The position numbers were made by a program, and so were the translations under genes. A stretch of DNA of 64,000 nucleotides, from contig NC_086383.1 in the NCBI RefSeq assembly GCF_036588685.1, forward strand, positions 62,434,001 to 62,498,000. The letters run 5' to 3'. Positions 14,469-27,702 of the stretch are shown here, piece by piece. Each line of letters opens with the position of its first letter. The first letter of the stretch is position 1. This DNA comes from Mytilus trossulus. Taxonomy: Eukaryota. The notes below the pieces were generated by a model, which saw only the letters and a list, made by a program, of their open reading frames with translations, made no database searches and was not told the origin of the DNA.

Positions 14469-14930
14469 GTAAAAATGAACTAAAAAAAAAGAAAACTACC
14501 TGTTAAATATTGTTATACGTCCAAAACGCCTCTTTTGAATTTTTCTTCATTAGGAATGCTCAGACCCAAATATTTGAAAGCTAGGATTCAAAATTACCAA
14601 AAAGTTACTTCATGTGTGTAGGTAAAAAATCTTTTTTGTTCTTTTTACTTTGCTAATATGAAATTTTATAGTGACGAAAAAAAAGCAATAAGACGGCTGT
14701 TTCATTTAATACAGATGGAAATAGAAGGGAAAACATATTGCTCTTTTCAAAACAATAGTAAGATTTAAAAAACAAATCGGTTTCACTCATTCACAATCAA
14801 ACATTTACAACTTAATTATTTCTTCAATACATTGAAAAAAAGATAATATATTGGTAGCTCCTCAACTATGATGTTTAAATCAGACTTATCTCAGATACTC
14901 CTATAACAACTTTATATTGGATACATTTAA

Positions 14931-15200
14931 GGTGGTACCCAACCCTTTTACTTAAATTAAACTGACTCGTTTAATTTTCATAAAATTTGAACAAAGTATT
15001 TACTTTGATCCTTTGACAAAAATATAAAGAAATAAAAAAATTGAACCAACCGTTTTATCAGAAAAATTACACTGGTTATATAGCAGTTGACAAACACTTA
15101 TTTTGATCATTGAGAAGCTAATATTGCCATAACAACATAACGTAATTAAAACGTTAAGCTGATTTTACAGAGTTAACTCCTTGTAGTGTTAAGTACCACC
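14931..15200. mobile_element. TTAA-targeting MITE (Kolobok-like termini)
   Basis: TTAA-GGTGGTAC ... GTACCACC-TTAA; 270 bp. Confidence 0.75.
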
Positions 15201-15940
15201 TTAAGCTAGTGATATAAATTTCCAAGAATAATACTAATTCTTAAGAATATCCATAGTACAAATGAAAATAAAAGAAACTCAAAGGAAAATTAAAAAAAGC
15301 CCCTTATGAAATGACAAAATAAACAGCTCAAAGACATCAAACGGATGGAAAACAACTGTAAGGCATATATACATGTGACTACACGGAGGGCGCCGTTTTA
15401 AATGTTTGATAATCAAAACGGAAGTGATGAACGCACAAAAAAAAAATCGTATACACGAAACGAATATTATAAAGTATAATCGTTACAATGATGTTAACAT
15501 ATGTTTTAAGCAGTAAAAGTTGGATTATTAACCCATGAACAAAAAAAAGATCTAAACAGTCAAAGTTTCAGCAGCATCGACTGTTTCGATATTTTTAACT
15601 ATTTTTCTTATCAACGCTTGACTTTTTTACAATTCCTAAAGACAGTTCTAATGGTTAATTAACATTTTAAATTTTCATTAATTAATGACAAAAAACTTTT
15701 GTGTGAGATTTTCTTAAATTCAATTTGGGGCAACTGTGATCAAGATCGCAAAAGCAATTATTCAAAGTGGAATTTCCACAAATTACGGTTTTTATTTTGC
15801 AATTCAAGAAGAATGGGTATTGGATTATGTGATTGTGGTACCTCTGTGGTAATATGAATTTGGTAAATAACAATTTAACTTTTTTGAATTTTTTTTTACC
15901 TGCATCTACGTAAACTGAACTAAGTCCTGCATTAATTAAT

Positions 15941-16770
15941 TAAAAGAGGGGCGAAAGATACCAGACGGACAGTCAAACTCATCAATCGAAAATAAACTGA
16001 CAACGCCATGGCTAAATAAAAAAAAGCAACACGAACCTCACCAAAAAACGGGGGTGATCTCAGGTGCTCCAGAAGGGTAAGCAGATTTTGTCCCACTAGT
16101 GGCACCCGTCGTGTTGCTCATGTTATAAAAAACGGTAAATAGTCTGTAGGTTACGTTCATGACAGGGAAGGGGAATGTAGTTACGACGTAAGGAACATAT
16201 CCGATATCATTTGTAAAACAGTAATATTCCGTAACGGTCAACCAACTCGTGATGGCGTCCGACAAATTTACGAAGGGATGATTTCAACTTCACCAATTAA
16301 AACTCTTGGTTTAATAGCTTCCTTATGAGCAGCAACCCTATATGACAGGAAATACAATCACGGCAATATCGTTAATTGGGAAATATATAGCCGGACGCTG
16401 CTGGAACGTTGCTACTTAGAAATGGAAAGTTCAAAATTGGAAAGCTGAAATCATCTCTTTTGTCGTATAGTTTTGTCTTCAACCGACTCTCATTGTCAAT
16501 CTCTAGATGTATATACTTTGCGGCAAGATATGAGGACGACTTAACTGTATCGATGGTATCCTGTATGAAGTCAGCTTCATTATAATGAAGAAACAAGTCG
16601 ATAAGAAGAGGGGTTCACTTGGTTCCCATTAGAATGCAGACAGTCTGTTTAAAAACACGTCCTCCAAACGTAACAAATATGTTTTCAATCAAGAAATCAA
16701 GCATCTTGATAATGTCAGACTTAGAGATTTTTTTGTTTGAATCATGAGTATTCTTTACAAAGTAGGAATC
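15941..16770 (-). mobile_element. Penelope-like retroelement 3' fragment (decayed RT) in gene A intron 2
   Basis: FLIENIFVTFGGRVFKQTV and KTKLYDKRDDFSFPILNFPFLSSNVPAA remnants, plus the 3' tail with CCGGAGCACCTGAGATCACCCC-type motif. Confidence 0.8.
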
Positions 16771-16841
16771 ATCCTCCAATTTAAATAATTTCTTAATTGT
16801 TTCAATCCGTGATCGATATTTAAAACATACATCTATTTCAG

Positions 16842-17077
16842 CTGACATCGGAAGAGTGTACAATATGTATATATGCATACAAGGTGAAAGGAGACAAGGA
16901 GAATGGAAGTACATCGATGGATCTACGATGACGTATTTCAGGTGGCATCCAACTTATCCTAATGGAGATTCTAACGTGATCGGTATGAGCCGAAAGCATG
17001 ACTATACTTGGAAAACTCCTATAGGTACAGCCAAATGTACCTATATGTGTGAATATGGACCGAACGAAAATCGATGA
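16842..17077 (+). CDS. Gene A exon 3 (terminal): C-terminal half of C-type lectin-like domain
   Basis: Acceptor tatttcAG at 16840-16841; in frame with exon 2; ICIQG..GEWKYIDGS.MTYFRW...YTW...CTYMCEY; spliced CDS 304+171+236=711 nt = 236 aa; AATAAA at 17358. Confidence 0.88.
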
Positions 17078-18151
17078 CGGTATTCAAGATAAAGAAAAAG
17101 AAAAAGAAAAACTAAACTTCTACTTTATGTGTTACTTTTCTGCTATTGATTTTCATACTAACCATGCGAATTAGTTTGAAATATCTTATTGTGTGAAATT
17201 TGTGTATAGTATCCTGTTTATATACTACAGCAATCAATCTGGTATCGTTGTTAAATCTTGTAATTGTACAAGAACATATGCAACCGTAAGATCACCGAGA
17301 AGTTTATACCAAAATACTGCTGCTATTTAGTTCTTTTTACAAGTGATAAATCTGTTGAATAAAATTCAGAATGGAAATGGGGAATGAGTAAAAGAGACAA
17401 CAACCCGACCATAAAGCAGAACACAGTAGAAGGTCACCAACAGGTCTTCAATGCAGCGAAAAATTCTGGCACTCGAAGGCGTCCTTCAGCTGGGCCCTCA
17501 ACACATACATATACTAGTTCAGTGATAATAGACGCCATACTAAACTCTATATTGTACACATTCAAGAAACTAAAAGTTAAAATAATACAAGACTAACAAA
17601 GGCCAGAGGCTCTTGACTTGGGACTGAGGATTATCACGAGACCAAAGCAATTTTTTATTTTATCCCCTGAAAGAAACAATGTATCTAAACTTTAAAAAAT
17701 GAAATAAGTCTATGATTTTGCATGAATTGTCCAATAAAGAACCTCTAGAAAAAGGAATGTGCTAGATCCTAATGATTTTTACAAAGATTGCAATTTAAAA
17801 ACTTGTTCCCTATGATATGATCCTTCTAATTTTAATGCCAAATTAGAGATTTTATCCCATTTTTACGGTCCACTGAACATAGAAAATGATAATGCGGATG
17901 GGGCATCTGTGCACTTGGGACACATTCTTGTTGACAGTGTAATTCGATTGCAAAATATATATTCCTAATAGATTTAAAAACCTGAATTGTTTTACCAATC
18001 TTGATTTCTCAAAATAGTGGCTTTATCATTTATTGTGTCATATTTTATATACATTTGCCTTTTAAAATATGTTTTCACAACTAGTTTTATAATTATTATT
18101 TTTTTTAAATTTTTACTCAGTTTGCTATTAACCAATAGTGTTCACTATTAG

Positions 18152-18316
18152 GAGATAACTGCATTGTATTTTAAGCTCCGACGGCATCAATTGGGAATTT
18201 GATGGTCGCAACTTAAGTTTACTAGCGACGCGTTAGCGGAGACAGTAAACGGGTATTTGCGACCATCAAATCCCAAATTGATGCCATCGGAGCTTAAATA
18301 CAATATTGTTATCTCT
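18152..18316. repeat. Long imperfect palindrome (~165 bp)
   Basis: GAGATAAC..ATTGTATTTTAAGCTCCGACGGCATCAATT..TTTGATGGTCGCAA versus TTGCGACCATCAAA..AATTGATGCCATCGGAGCTTAAATACAAT..GTTATCTC. Confidence 0.85.
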
Positions 18317-19206
18317 ATTCTAATGAAACTGACAAAAAACAGCGTTAAAAAATGAATTTAAAATCTGTCAAATGCCGTCTGCGCTTGCGCGTACGTCCTA
18401 TAACATAAATTGTCAATTGATGTCATGTAAGAAAGTAACGTTATCCAATCAAAATGAACGTTACAAATGTGGTTGCATTAGAATAGTTTATAATGATTAT
18501 ATTTGGAATTATATAGTGGTTATTTGCAACAGCAAACGATATGTGCATGTGTGAATTAGAGCTTAATATTTATATTTTGAGCATTTTATTGGGCTATTGA
18601 TGTTAAATTTTTTTGGATTTTTTATTTCCAACAATTACAACATATTCATCATGTTCATGACATACATACAATAAAATACATATAAGATTAATACACTGTC
18701 ATTATCATAAATACATCTTAATTGGAAATATTTACATTTTCTATTGAAAAGATAAAGAAAAATAAAAACATAAAAAAAAACAAAGAAAGAAGGAAAAACA
18801 AAACACATAAAAAAACCAACACAAAACACAAAACACAAAACACAAAAGGATTATCCAGTTACATCCCTGTCTATATTTTCAATATCACATATTCAAAATT
18901 AACATTCGTATTTCTTTCCTAACAGCCATCAGCACAGATTAAGTACATAATATTTTTTTTTAAATAAATTATAATTAGTCATAAGTAATGTTAAAATTTG
19001 TTATCAATGGCTGTAAATTTCATTGTTGTAAGACGCAACTGCATTGACAGGTGGTTCATAATCTTGTTCATTAATGAACATTTTGTTTGGACAGAATATA
19101 TGTAAACTGCCTACGCAATAGAAAAAAGACAACCTGGCCAATACTGAAAAACACTCTGACGATATTGATTTGTTCTGTTTTTGCCAACTTTTAATCCGGC
19201 CAATAA

Positions 19207-19452
19207 AGATGGGAGGAGGTTTGGTACTTATTGACCCATTCAGCTTACTAACTCTTATCTGAATCACAATGACATCACTGATTTTACCCACTCCACAAGA
19301 GTGTCAACTTCAACCTTTTCTTTTTTGCCCAGTCTTTTGCATAATCCTCAACATATTTTATAGCATCAATATCCTTGTTTGTGAACTTCAAATGTAAGAA
19401 TGAACGTTTTTGTAGTTCCTCCGAATGTTCAAAAACTGGTCTGTGTAATCTA
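19207..19452 (-). repeat. Near-identical duplicate of Penelope-like segment 23761-24002
   Basis: GGAGGTTTGGTACTyATTGACCCATTCAGCTTACTAACTC...CTGTrTAATCTA present at both positions. Confidence 0.75.
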
Positions 19453-21829
19453 ATCCCGCCAATACAGATTTTTCAGATATCCTTAGTTTTTAGATCGAAA
19501 GTCTTGATAAACAAAAACAAAGTCTAAACTGTCGTTTGGAAGACTCTTCAGTTTGAAGACGATCATATTCATTTAAAAATAGATTGCCTTACACAGTTAC
19601 TTTCTCTTTTCGTGTTTTTGTTCGGTATCATGTATTTTTCAAACCGAAATATTCATAAATAAATTGTTGCAGGTTGACATGTAATAAACTGTGATTTGTT
19701 CAAGTCTTTGTTCTTCGGTCATGGTCTATGGATATGTGTTTAAATATCACTGTGGTATCTTTCGCACATCTTCTTGTCTTAATCAACTTCTGTATATCTT
19801 TATTTTCATTTTTATCTTTTATGTATTTATTTTGTTCGCATACCCTGGTCACTATAATGGAACTTTTCCACTGTCATACAAGTGAGAGGTTAAGCTAGAT
19901 AAAAATTAAATTTAATATGCCATTTCCTACACAAGAACATGTCTGTACCATGGCAGGAATATGACAGTTGGGTCAATATATTTGATTGATTTCCCAAAGT
20001 CACTAATGGTTACGCTTTTTTCCTGTAGCTCAGTCCATATAGTAAACTTGTATATAGATATAGGAAGATGTGGTGTGAGTGGCAATGAGACAACTCTCCA
20101 TCCAAATAACAATTTAAAAAGTAAACCATTATAGGTTAAAGTACGGCCTTCAACACGGAGCTTTGACGCCTCGTTTCGAAGCTGAGACATTTTCACAAAT
20201 GTGGTTTTCAAGGGCAAACATGAGGTGCAAACAATTGATATACACTATATCCGGAATTCAACAATTAATGTCTCTTCAGTGATGTTAGGGATCGACACGG
20301 TATTTGGAAATCCATATAATTTACCTCAATTTAAGATTGACATTAGACGGTACAATCTTTATTTTTAGTTTTTAGGGTGCGAAGTGGGATTCATTTTTCC
20401 GTAAATAAGCATAATCCGAAAATACTTTCTTGATGCGGCTCATTATGGTTAACAAATCGCTTTTTGAGTACAGTAAGTCGTTTGAAAACTTAATACTTTG
20501 AACAAATGTAATAGCTTCATAGCTTTTATACATCTAGTATATATCCCTCTACTTTTAAAATCTAGACAATTGTCTGAGCTCAATTACTTGTTAAAAAAAA
20601 CCCTATCCAATATAACTATAATTAGATCGTTGTTGAACACACAACTTTTGAGATCCTTAATTCGATTCAATTTGTTGTCCATTCGTTTGAGCGTATACTT
20701 AAGTTTTTACATTTAAACGTTGTGTTTCCGTTGTGTCGTATGTTTTTCTTTTATAATTGAGTGTGAATTCGCATTACTATATAGGACGTGTCAATGTGCT
20801 TTTCTATTCCAAATTCATGTGTTTAGTTTTGATGTTATATTTGTTGTTCGAATCGGATTTGGTCAATGCTTGGTCCGTTTCTGTGTGTGTTGCATTTAGG
20901 TGTTGTGTCGTTGTTTTCATCTTGTATTTAATGCGTCTCCCTCGGTTTGGTTTGTTACCTCGATTTTGTTTTGTTTTTGTCCATGGAGTTTTGAACAGGG
21001 GTATAATACTGTTGCCTTTATTTGCCATTTGATAACGGACTTATTATGGGTCCTAGGTCAGCATGCCGATGGCCAATGACAAAGCCAATACGGATATATT
21101 CACAAAATAATATTACAATATTATTTTCAATTTTTAAAATGCTTTTATAGCTCTAAAAGATTTTCCTTAAAACCTAACACCCTGGCGCTTTCTATACACT
21201 GTTTGATTTTTATTTCGACATCGAAATCGGAAGTTACTCTTTAAATATTAAAATGCATACAGGAATCGTCGTCCCATTACGTCTTTAGACAAACGTAAGA
21301 CGCACCAATTGCATACATGTACTATACAATATTGCAACTACAGGAATTGCCAAAAAAAAAAAGAAGAGTTTTCATTGTACAGGAACATATTAGTTTGTTA
21401 TTTACGTTTGATAAATCCAAAAATATGTTTTTTTGAAAATATACACATATGCCATGTATTGAAAGAAAACAATCAAATTATAAAAATTATTTTATAATAA
21501 CTTTCTATATGAACGTGATTGTTGGATTGGAAAATGGTTGATTTTTTTTTTACTTATTGTATCATTGGTTTTTTTATGACGCATTTATAATAAAAACATC
21601 TATTTTAATAATGTGTTCTTACTCTACAACTTAATTTTAGATGTATGTGTAAAGCATATCTGATCTTTTGATTTGGGAGAAAGGCCGACATAGTTAGATA
21701 AGGCAGTTAGTTTACAATTTTTAAAAATAAGTCTATACTAATGACAATAACAGTAAAAAGCAGGGAGTAAAAAAACATCCACAAAATCAAAAGACAATTA
21801 CATCAATAGTTTAAAAAAATAAAAAATAA

Positions 21830-24001
21830 ATAACACGAACTCCACTAAAACCGGGAGTGAAATCAGGTGCTCCGGAAGAATAAGCATTTCCTGCACCGTA
21901 TACGTCACCCGTTGTGTTATTGTTTTGTTTAGTTCGGTAGTGATGGAAGGTTATTAGGACTGAGGAAGAATAGAATATATGATTTCTGACACACTTTTGT
22001 CATAATGGCCAATCAACTCATGATGGCGACCGTAAAATTTCTTGAGTGATGACCTTGATTTGATTGATTCATAGTCCTGTCTTAGCAACTTTTGAGAAAA
22101 CAGTATTTCTCGTTCAACATCAACGTACTTAAAGCTAGCTCTAGAGTAACATATCAATTGAGAAACACATACTCAATATGCTGATGCCGCTGGCATGTTG
22201 CTACACAGAAATGGAATGTTGATTATAGGAAAATTAAAAGCATCGCGTTTGTCATAAATTTTGGTTTTTAATCTACCATCAGTAGTCATTTCGAGAAAAC
22301 AATCTGAATATGAAGCAGATATATCTGTGTCGGCAGTATCTTTAATTTCAAGTTCATTTGGATATATTAAATGTAAGTGATCACTGAATCTATTATTATT
22401 AAGAGACAGTACATCATCAATATACCAAAAGGTGAAATTAAAAGGCTGGGATAATTTCTTTTCTCCTTTTTGTACATGCCCTTGTGTATATTCTGCTTCA
22501 CTGGAATATGCAAACAAACCTGCAAGTAGAGGAGCGCAATTGGCACCCATTTAGATTCCAATTGTCTGTTGAAGGTTACATTACACCATTAGATTTTATG
22601 GGCGCAGCCATTTTATGAGCATAACATGTTATTCAGAATTAAGAGTATGGCGAATCCTGATTGGTCGATATGTGCGCCCGTTTTTTTTATTAGAGACTTC
22701 GTGCACTCTGCTTTATACAAAAGGCAAAATAAAAATTATTCCGTAGCCCTAAAGACACTGAGATGACTTTTCAACACTAGGACAAGACACGTATTTTTAA
22801 GGGCAAAATTGGTAGCCATGGGAGATAAGTACAAAATACGCTAAGAAAAGCAACGTGACCCTATATTTTTTGGACCAAAAAATACTGTCCTAATAACTTT
22901 TCTTTGATTCTAGTAAGGTTTCGTTAAAAAAATCAACTTTCTAAAGTCTGTATCTCGAAAAAGGCTACCATTGTCGCCTATGGGGAAATTAATTGTTTAT
23001 TTTAATCTGAAAGACCAAACCTCCTAATTCAACAAATATGTTGTCAATTAAAAAGTACTGAATGGCAGTGAAATCCTCTTCGGTGAATTTTTGCTTGACT
23101 ATGTATGATTTTACACAAAGCTAGCTGAAATCCTGCCCAGAACTAGATATTTAATCGTCGAGTGCCTTTTCTGTTAAGTAAACATAAGCCGACGAGTTCT
23201 ATTAGTCCATTTAGTATGTGAAATAGTGGTATAAAGAGTTGAAAAACCAAAGGTTTTAATTTTGTTGCAATGATTTAGTAAGTGAGATTGTAAATTCACC
23301 AATAACTCTTTTGATTTTCTCTTATTTACACCACTTCTCAAATATGCAATTTCGGAATATTTCTGAAGTCTTTCTTTAACTGCAATGAGTATGACAGTAA
23401 GTACTTTGAAAAGGGATTTAGTGGAACACTTGGAAGAACCTGCAATATACCATTCCCTATATGGATTCTTGTCAGGAATCCAATGTAAGGATGGAAGATC
23501 CTGGTCTTCATCCACTGGATTAACAACAAAAGATATTATAACCGATTTGTAGTTTTTCCAGGATCTCCTACGTCGGAGGCGTACTTAGTGTATATGTAGA
23601 ATTTCCAAGTGTGTTATTTATTCCGAGTTCCTCAATTAGGTAGTCATTGTAGTGTTTCTTGCAAACAACAACAATATTGTTTGAGATTTAATCAGCTGGA
23701 ACGACAACATATTTGTCATGGAGACAAAAGAACATCTCTATGACCTGAGGACCTTTAACGATGGTAGGAGGTTTGGTACTCATTGACCCATTCAGCTTAC
23801 TAACTCTTATCTGAATCAATGACATCACTGATTTTACCCACTCAACTAGAATGTCAACTTCAACCTTTTCTGTTTTGCCCAGTCTTTTGCATAATCCTCA
23901 ACATATTTTATAGCATCAATATCCTTGTTTGTGAACTTCAAATTGAAAAATGAACGTTTTTGCAGTTCCTCCAAATGTTCAAAAACGGATCTGTATAATC
24001 T
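21830..24001 (-). mobile_element. Penelope-like retroelement (second subfamily), frameshifted RT, interrupted at ~22575-23190 by an unrelated insert
   Basis: MGANCAPLLA, YIDDVLSLNN, KIYDKRDAFNFPIINIPFLCSNMPAASAY, DLPSLHWIP, TFGFSTLYTTISH. Confidence 0.82.
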
Positions 24002-24409
24002 ATGGTTAGCCATACCCATCACTACAGCAACTATTTTATGCTTCGTAGATCGACTATATGTAGTGTGGCTTTGTAATGGTTAAAAAATACTTCAAATAAC
24101 ATAAATACTAAAATAATCTTCATCTATATTCAATGTTTAAACATGTACCTGTGACGTAATGTTTTGATGCGTTGATACATTATTGTGACCCACAGTTCTT
24201 TATTCTATTTTGCTTGTGTACTGTCATAAAGCAATTTAGTTTTTCATTGTTATTCTGTTGTTAATATATCGAAATGTACCAATATTATTCATTTAATGAT
24301 GTATTTCTCTGTTCTGCTTGTTCTTGCATTTATTTTTACTTTAATCCTGGCATGTAATGTTGCAGTTAAGCGGAACATTTAACATGGCCATAACGCGCGA
24401 GATGGAATG

Positions 24410-24839
24410 GCTTTGGTTCATAAAAAAGAATGATCAACATAGATACAAGTATCTTGTCTTAAGGAGGGATAAATACTACTTTGTAAAAGATCACTCTCAT
24501 TTAAACAAAAAATTCTCTGAAACTGACAGTATCAAGTTGTTTGATGTTTTGATTGAAAACATATTTGTTACATTCGGCGGACGTATTTTTCAACAGACTG
24601 TCGGCATTCCAATGGGAACCATTTGTGTCCCTCTTCTTGCCAACTTGCTTTTTTATTATAATGAGACTGACTTCATACATGAACTTCCTAGGAAGACAGA
24701 TAAGAAGTAAGCAATATCGTTTAACTCTACTTTCCGCTATATAGATGACGTTCTTTCACTTAATAATTAAAACAAATGGTGACTCGGTTGAACGTATCTA
24801 TCCCATCTTACTAGAGATAAAGGAAACACCAGATACAGT
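24410..24839 (+). mobile_element. Penelope-like RT fragment
   Basis: LIENIFVTFGGRIFQQTVGIPMGTICVPLLA; TTCCGCTATATAGATGACGTTCTT (FRYIDDVL). Confidence 0.8.
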
Positions 24840-26726
24840 GTAAAAACAAACTAAATATGAAAACTACACGTTACAGATTTGTATGACTCCACAACGATTT
24901 TCTGAATTTACCTTCATCAGAAACGCTCAGAGCCTAAAATTCAAAAGCAAGGGTTAAAATTTACAGTTTCAGTAGCAATAAATGTTTCCGAATAACATGT
25001 TTGAACCATTCATTTTATGAACGATTACACTTCCTTTGGAACACTTCTTATGGTAAATGATTTGTCGAAGAACTAACTACCTCAGGACAATATCTGAAAC
25101 TAATTTTTGGTAACGATATTTAGTATAATAGTATTAGTTACATTGTGTGCTAATGACCTAACACAATATATATAGGGTCAGTAAATTCTGTACGGTGTGA
25201 TATCGAAGCTCTAGTCCCTAGATTGATTTTAATGACTCCATATATATATTACATTAGGTCTATAGCACACTATGTAACGAATTTGTCTGACTGACCATCT
25301 TAAACTTTACATGTATCATTGAGTGGGTTATAAAAGTGATCCAGTCTTCCTCCATACCGTTAATATTAAGAACCTAACGCCATCGGTATATAAACAAACA
25401 AATACCAGCAGTATCAACTTGTAAACTTCAAATGTGATTTATGATACATTTTAATCGTTCAATATCAATTTCATCGTCTGTTAATACCTTTACGGCGTTT
25501 CCTCAAAACCTTGGTGTTTGTATAAAGGGACATAACACCACTACTAACCGTGTATTGAAATAAGTCCGCCTTCTAGCCTTATATGGAATATGAATGGTCT
25601 AAATACGTTTGCGTTTTACCAATCATAGCCCTAGAAATGTGTAGGATGTAAGATAATTTAGATCCATCTTAAGGCAATTTTGTAAAAGGTCGAAACTACA
25701 ACAGCAAGTATTAATTTTATTGTTTTTTGTATGTAAACTGTATATTATTTATAATGTTTTAAGCCATTGGCCCATATTGGCGTAAAGTGCTTTTCAATAA
25801 TTAAAAGTAAAAAAAAGTATTAATTTAAAACTGAAATCTTAACCAACAAACGTTTATTCGTCGCATTTTTTATCAAATTTAGCAAATAACTTTACTGTAA
25901 AGATAAAACAATGACCTTGTTCAACAATACACGCTCGGATTCGATAAAACTTTTGGAATTGAAAAAAAAAAAAAAAAATCTAAAAAAAAAAATGACACAT
26001 CAAATCGTGGACTAGCGTCAATGAAGATTCCAAATTATCAATATAATCATTCGTTGTTAATTTATAAGATAGTGCCAGCTGACGAATGCTAAAACACTGT
26101 AAAGTGAAATTATTTGAAAGTATTAAATCATACTCCGACAAAGCACTTCCGTCGACTTCATAGCTCATTTGTACCGTGTTTACGCATAAATATAAGATTG
26201 TTCTTGAACATTATATGCCTGTTACAGTATTAGACAACCTCTTAACGTAATTTTGTATCCATGGTCTGTTTTGGTCTGACACCGTCGTAACGGATCTTAA
26301 CAGCTCGCTAGGAGATTCAGTCTTGATAATCTTGACATGCCTTCACGGACTGATTCACCTAATGAGACTATCGATCATAACGAGGTCTTAAGGGTCTAAA
26401 AAGTTTCGACGTTTGTCTCTAGCGGTATATCCAGTCAATTTAGATATGATAAGACCAAAATGACCGTTTCAGACTGAAATCGTGCTACTAGTGAGAGTAT
26501 TAGACACAACACAGACTGTATGCTTGCATCAACCTAACTGAAGACATAATTACTTGAAGTCTGAACATTTTGCTATTTTTTGTTTTATTCGTGTCAGTTT
26601 TTAATATCATCATGATTTCCTAAACACGCTACATCAACTGAATTAGGTCCTGCATGGGTTATACAAAAACATCTTAAAAATGTCTTTTGCTAATTTATGA
26701 TTAATACAGACATACATTTATTTTAG

Positions 26727-26956
26727 CTGACATTGGAAGAGTGTATTATATGCCAATATGTATACAAGGTAAAAAGACACAAGGAAAGTGGAAGTACAAC
26801 GACGGAAATATGATGGAGTATTTCAGGTGGTACCAAGGTGAACCAAGCGGATTATCTAACGCCATCGTTATGAGGCGGGTGAATAACTACATCTGGCAGA
26901 AACCTATACCTGATGAGGAGTGTACCTATATGTGTGAATATCGACCCCAGATTTAA
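26727..26956 (+). CDS. Orphan/alternative terminal exon 3 (CTLD C-terminal half) from a partial third gene copy
   Basis: Acceptor ttattttAG at 26725-26726 in the same phase as the other exon 3 copies; open frame ADIGRVYYMPICIQG...YQGEPSG...CTYMCEYRPQI*; AATAAA at 26980; no exon 1 or 2 homolog seen between 17077 and 26727. Confidence 0.65.
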
Positions 26957-27020
26957 ATATAGTGACGCGAATCAATATAAATAAAAAAGTTAAATATATT
27001 TATGTGTAAAATTTGTCTAA

Positions 27021-27097
27021 CTAGTTATCAAAGGTACCAGGATTAAAATTCAATTTACCAGACGCGCGTTTTGTCAGTGACGCTCAGATAAAATATT
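27021..27097 (-). mobile_element. Family 1 retrozyme fragment with internally deleted HHR
   Basis: Reverse complement reads GAGCGTCACTGA..CAAAACGCGCGTCTGG...AATCCTGGTACCTTTGATAACTA. Confidence 0.65.
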
Positions 27098-27702
27098 CAA
27101 CTACTCAGTTTATATCTGATTACTATTGCGACTAAACCATTTTTGCAAGCAAACACATTTATTTAATATGTTAACACTTGTCAAAAAAGTCTTTTTATAT
27201 TTCTCTTCTGAAAGAAACAATTAAATATAAAGTTTAAAATTCAAACACATGTATGTTAACCTCTAGAAAAAAAATGTGTTAAATCCTAATAGTTCTTACA
27301 AACTTTGCACTTTTTTATTTCCGATTTATTTTAGCTGACTCCAAATTACTTTCTTTTCAACAGTTGACGTAGCTGAATAATATCTTGTACGTATCTGTTA
27401 TTGTGCAAATAATGAAATACAACAAAAAAAACAACAAAATAAATCAAAATCTAAACAGCATTTCAAAAATCGTTCAATATGCCTTTCAATAAACGTGAGT
27501 TATTATCGACCAGCTTTGTTCTGCAAGCCATCAATGTTCTGTTTGTTGTTTGCTGTTGATTTATTTATTTGCTTAGTTAAAGCACATATGTTTTAATTTT
27601 CCTTTTAGCTTGCTTGCTATGATTTAAGCCTGTATGTTTAGCTACTACAGTCAGTATGTATATGTTTTTTTTTATGTGTCTTCTGTCAAATGTTTGATGT
27701 AT

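Noticed and set aside
22173-24710. RT ORFs as a functional reverse transcriptase or a retron-like system
   Set aside because: Fragmented, frameshifted, in mixed orientations and with stops: decayed Penelope-like copies
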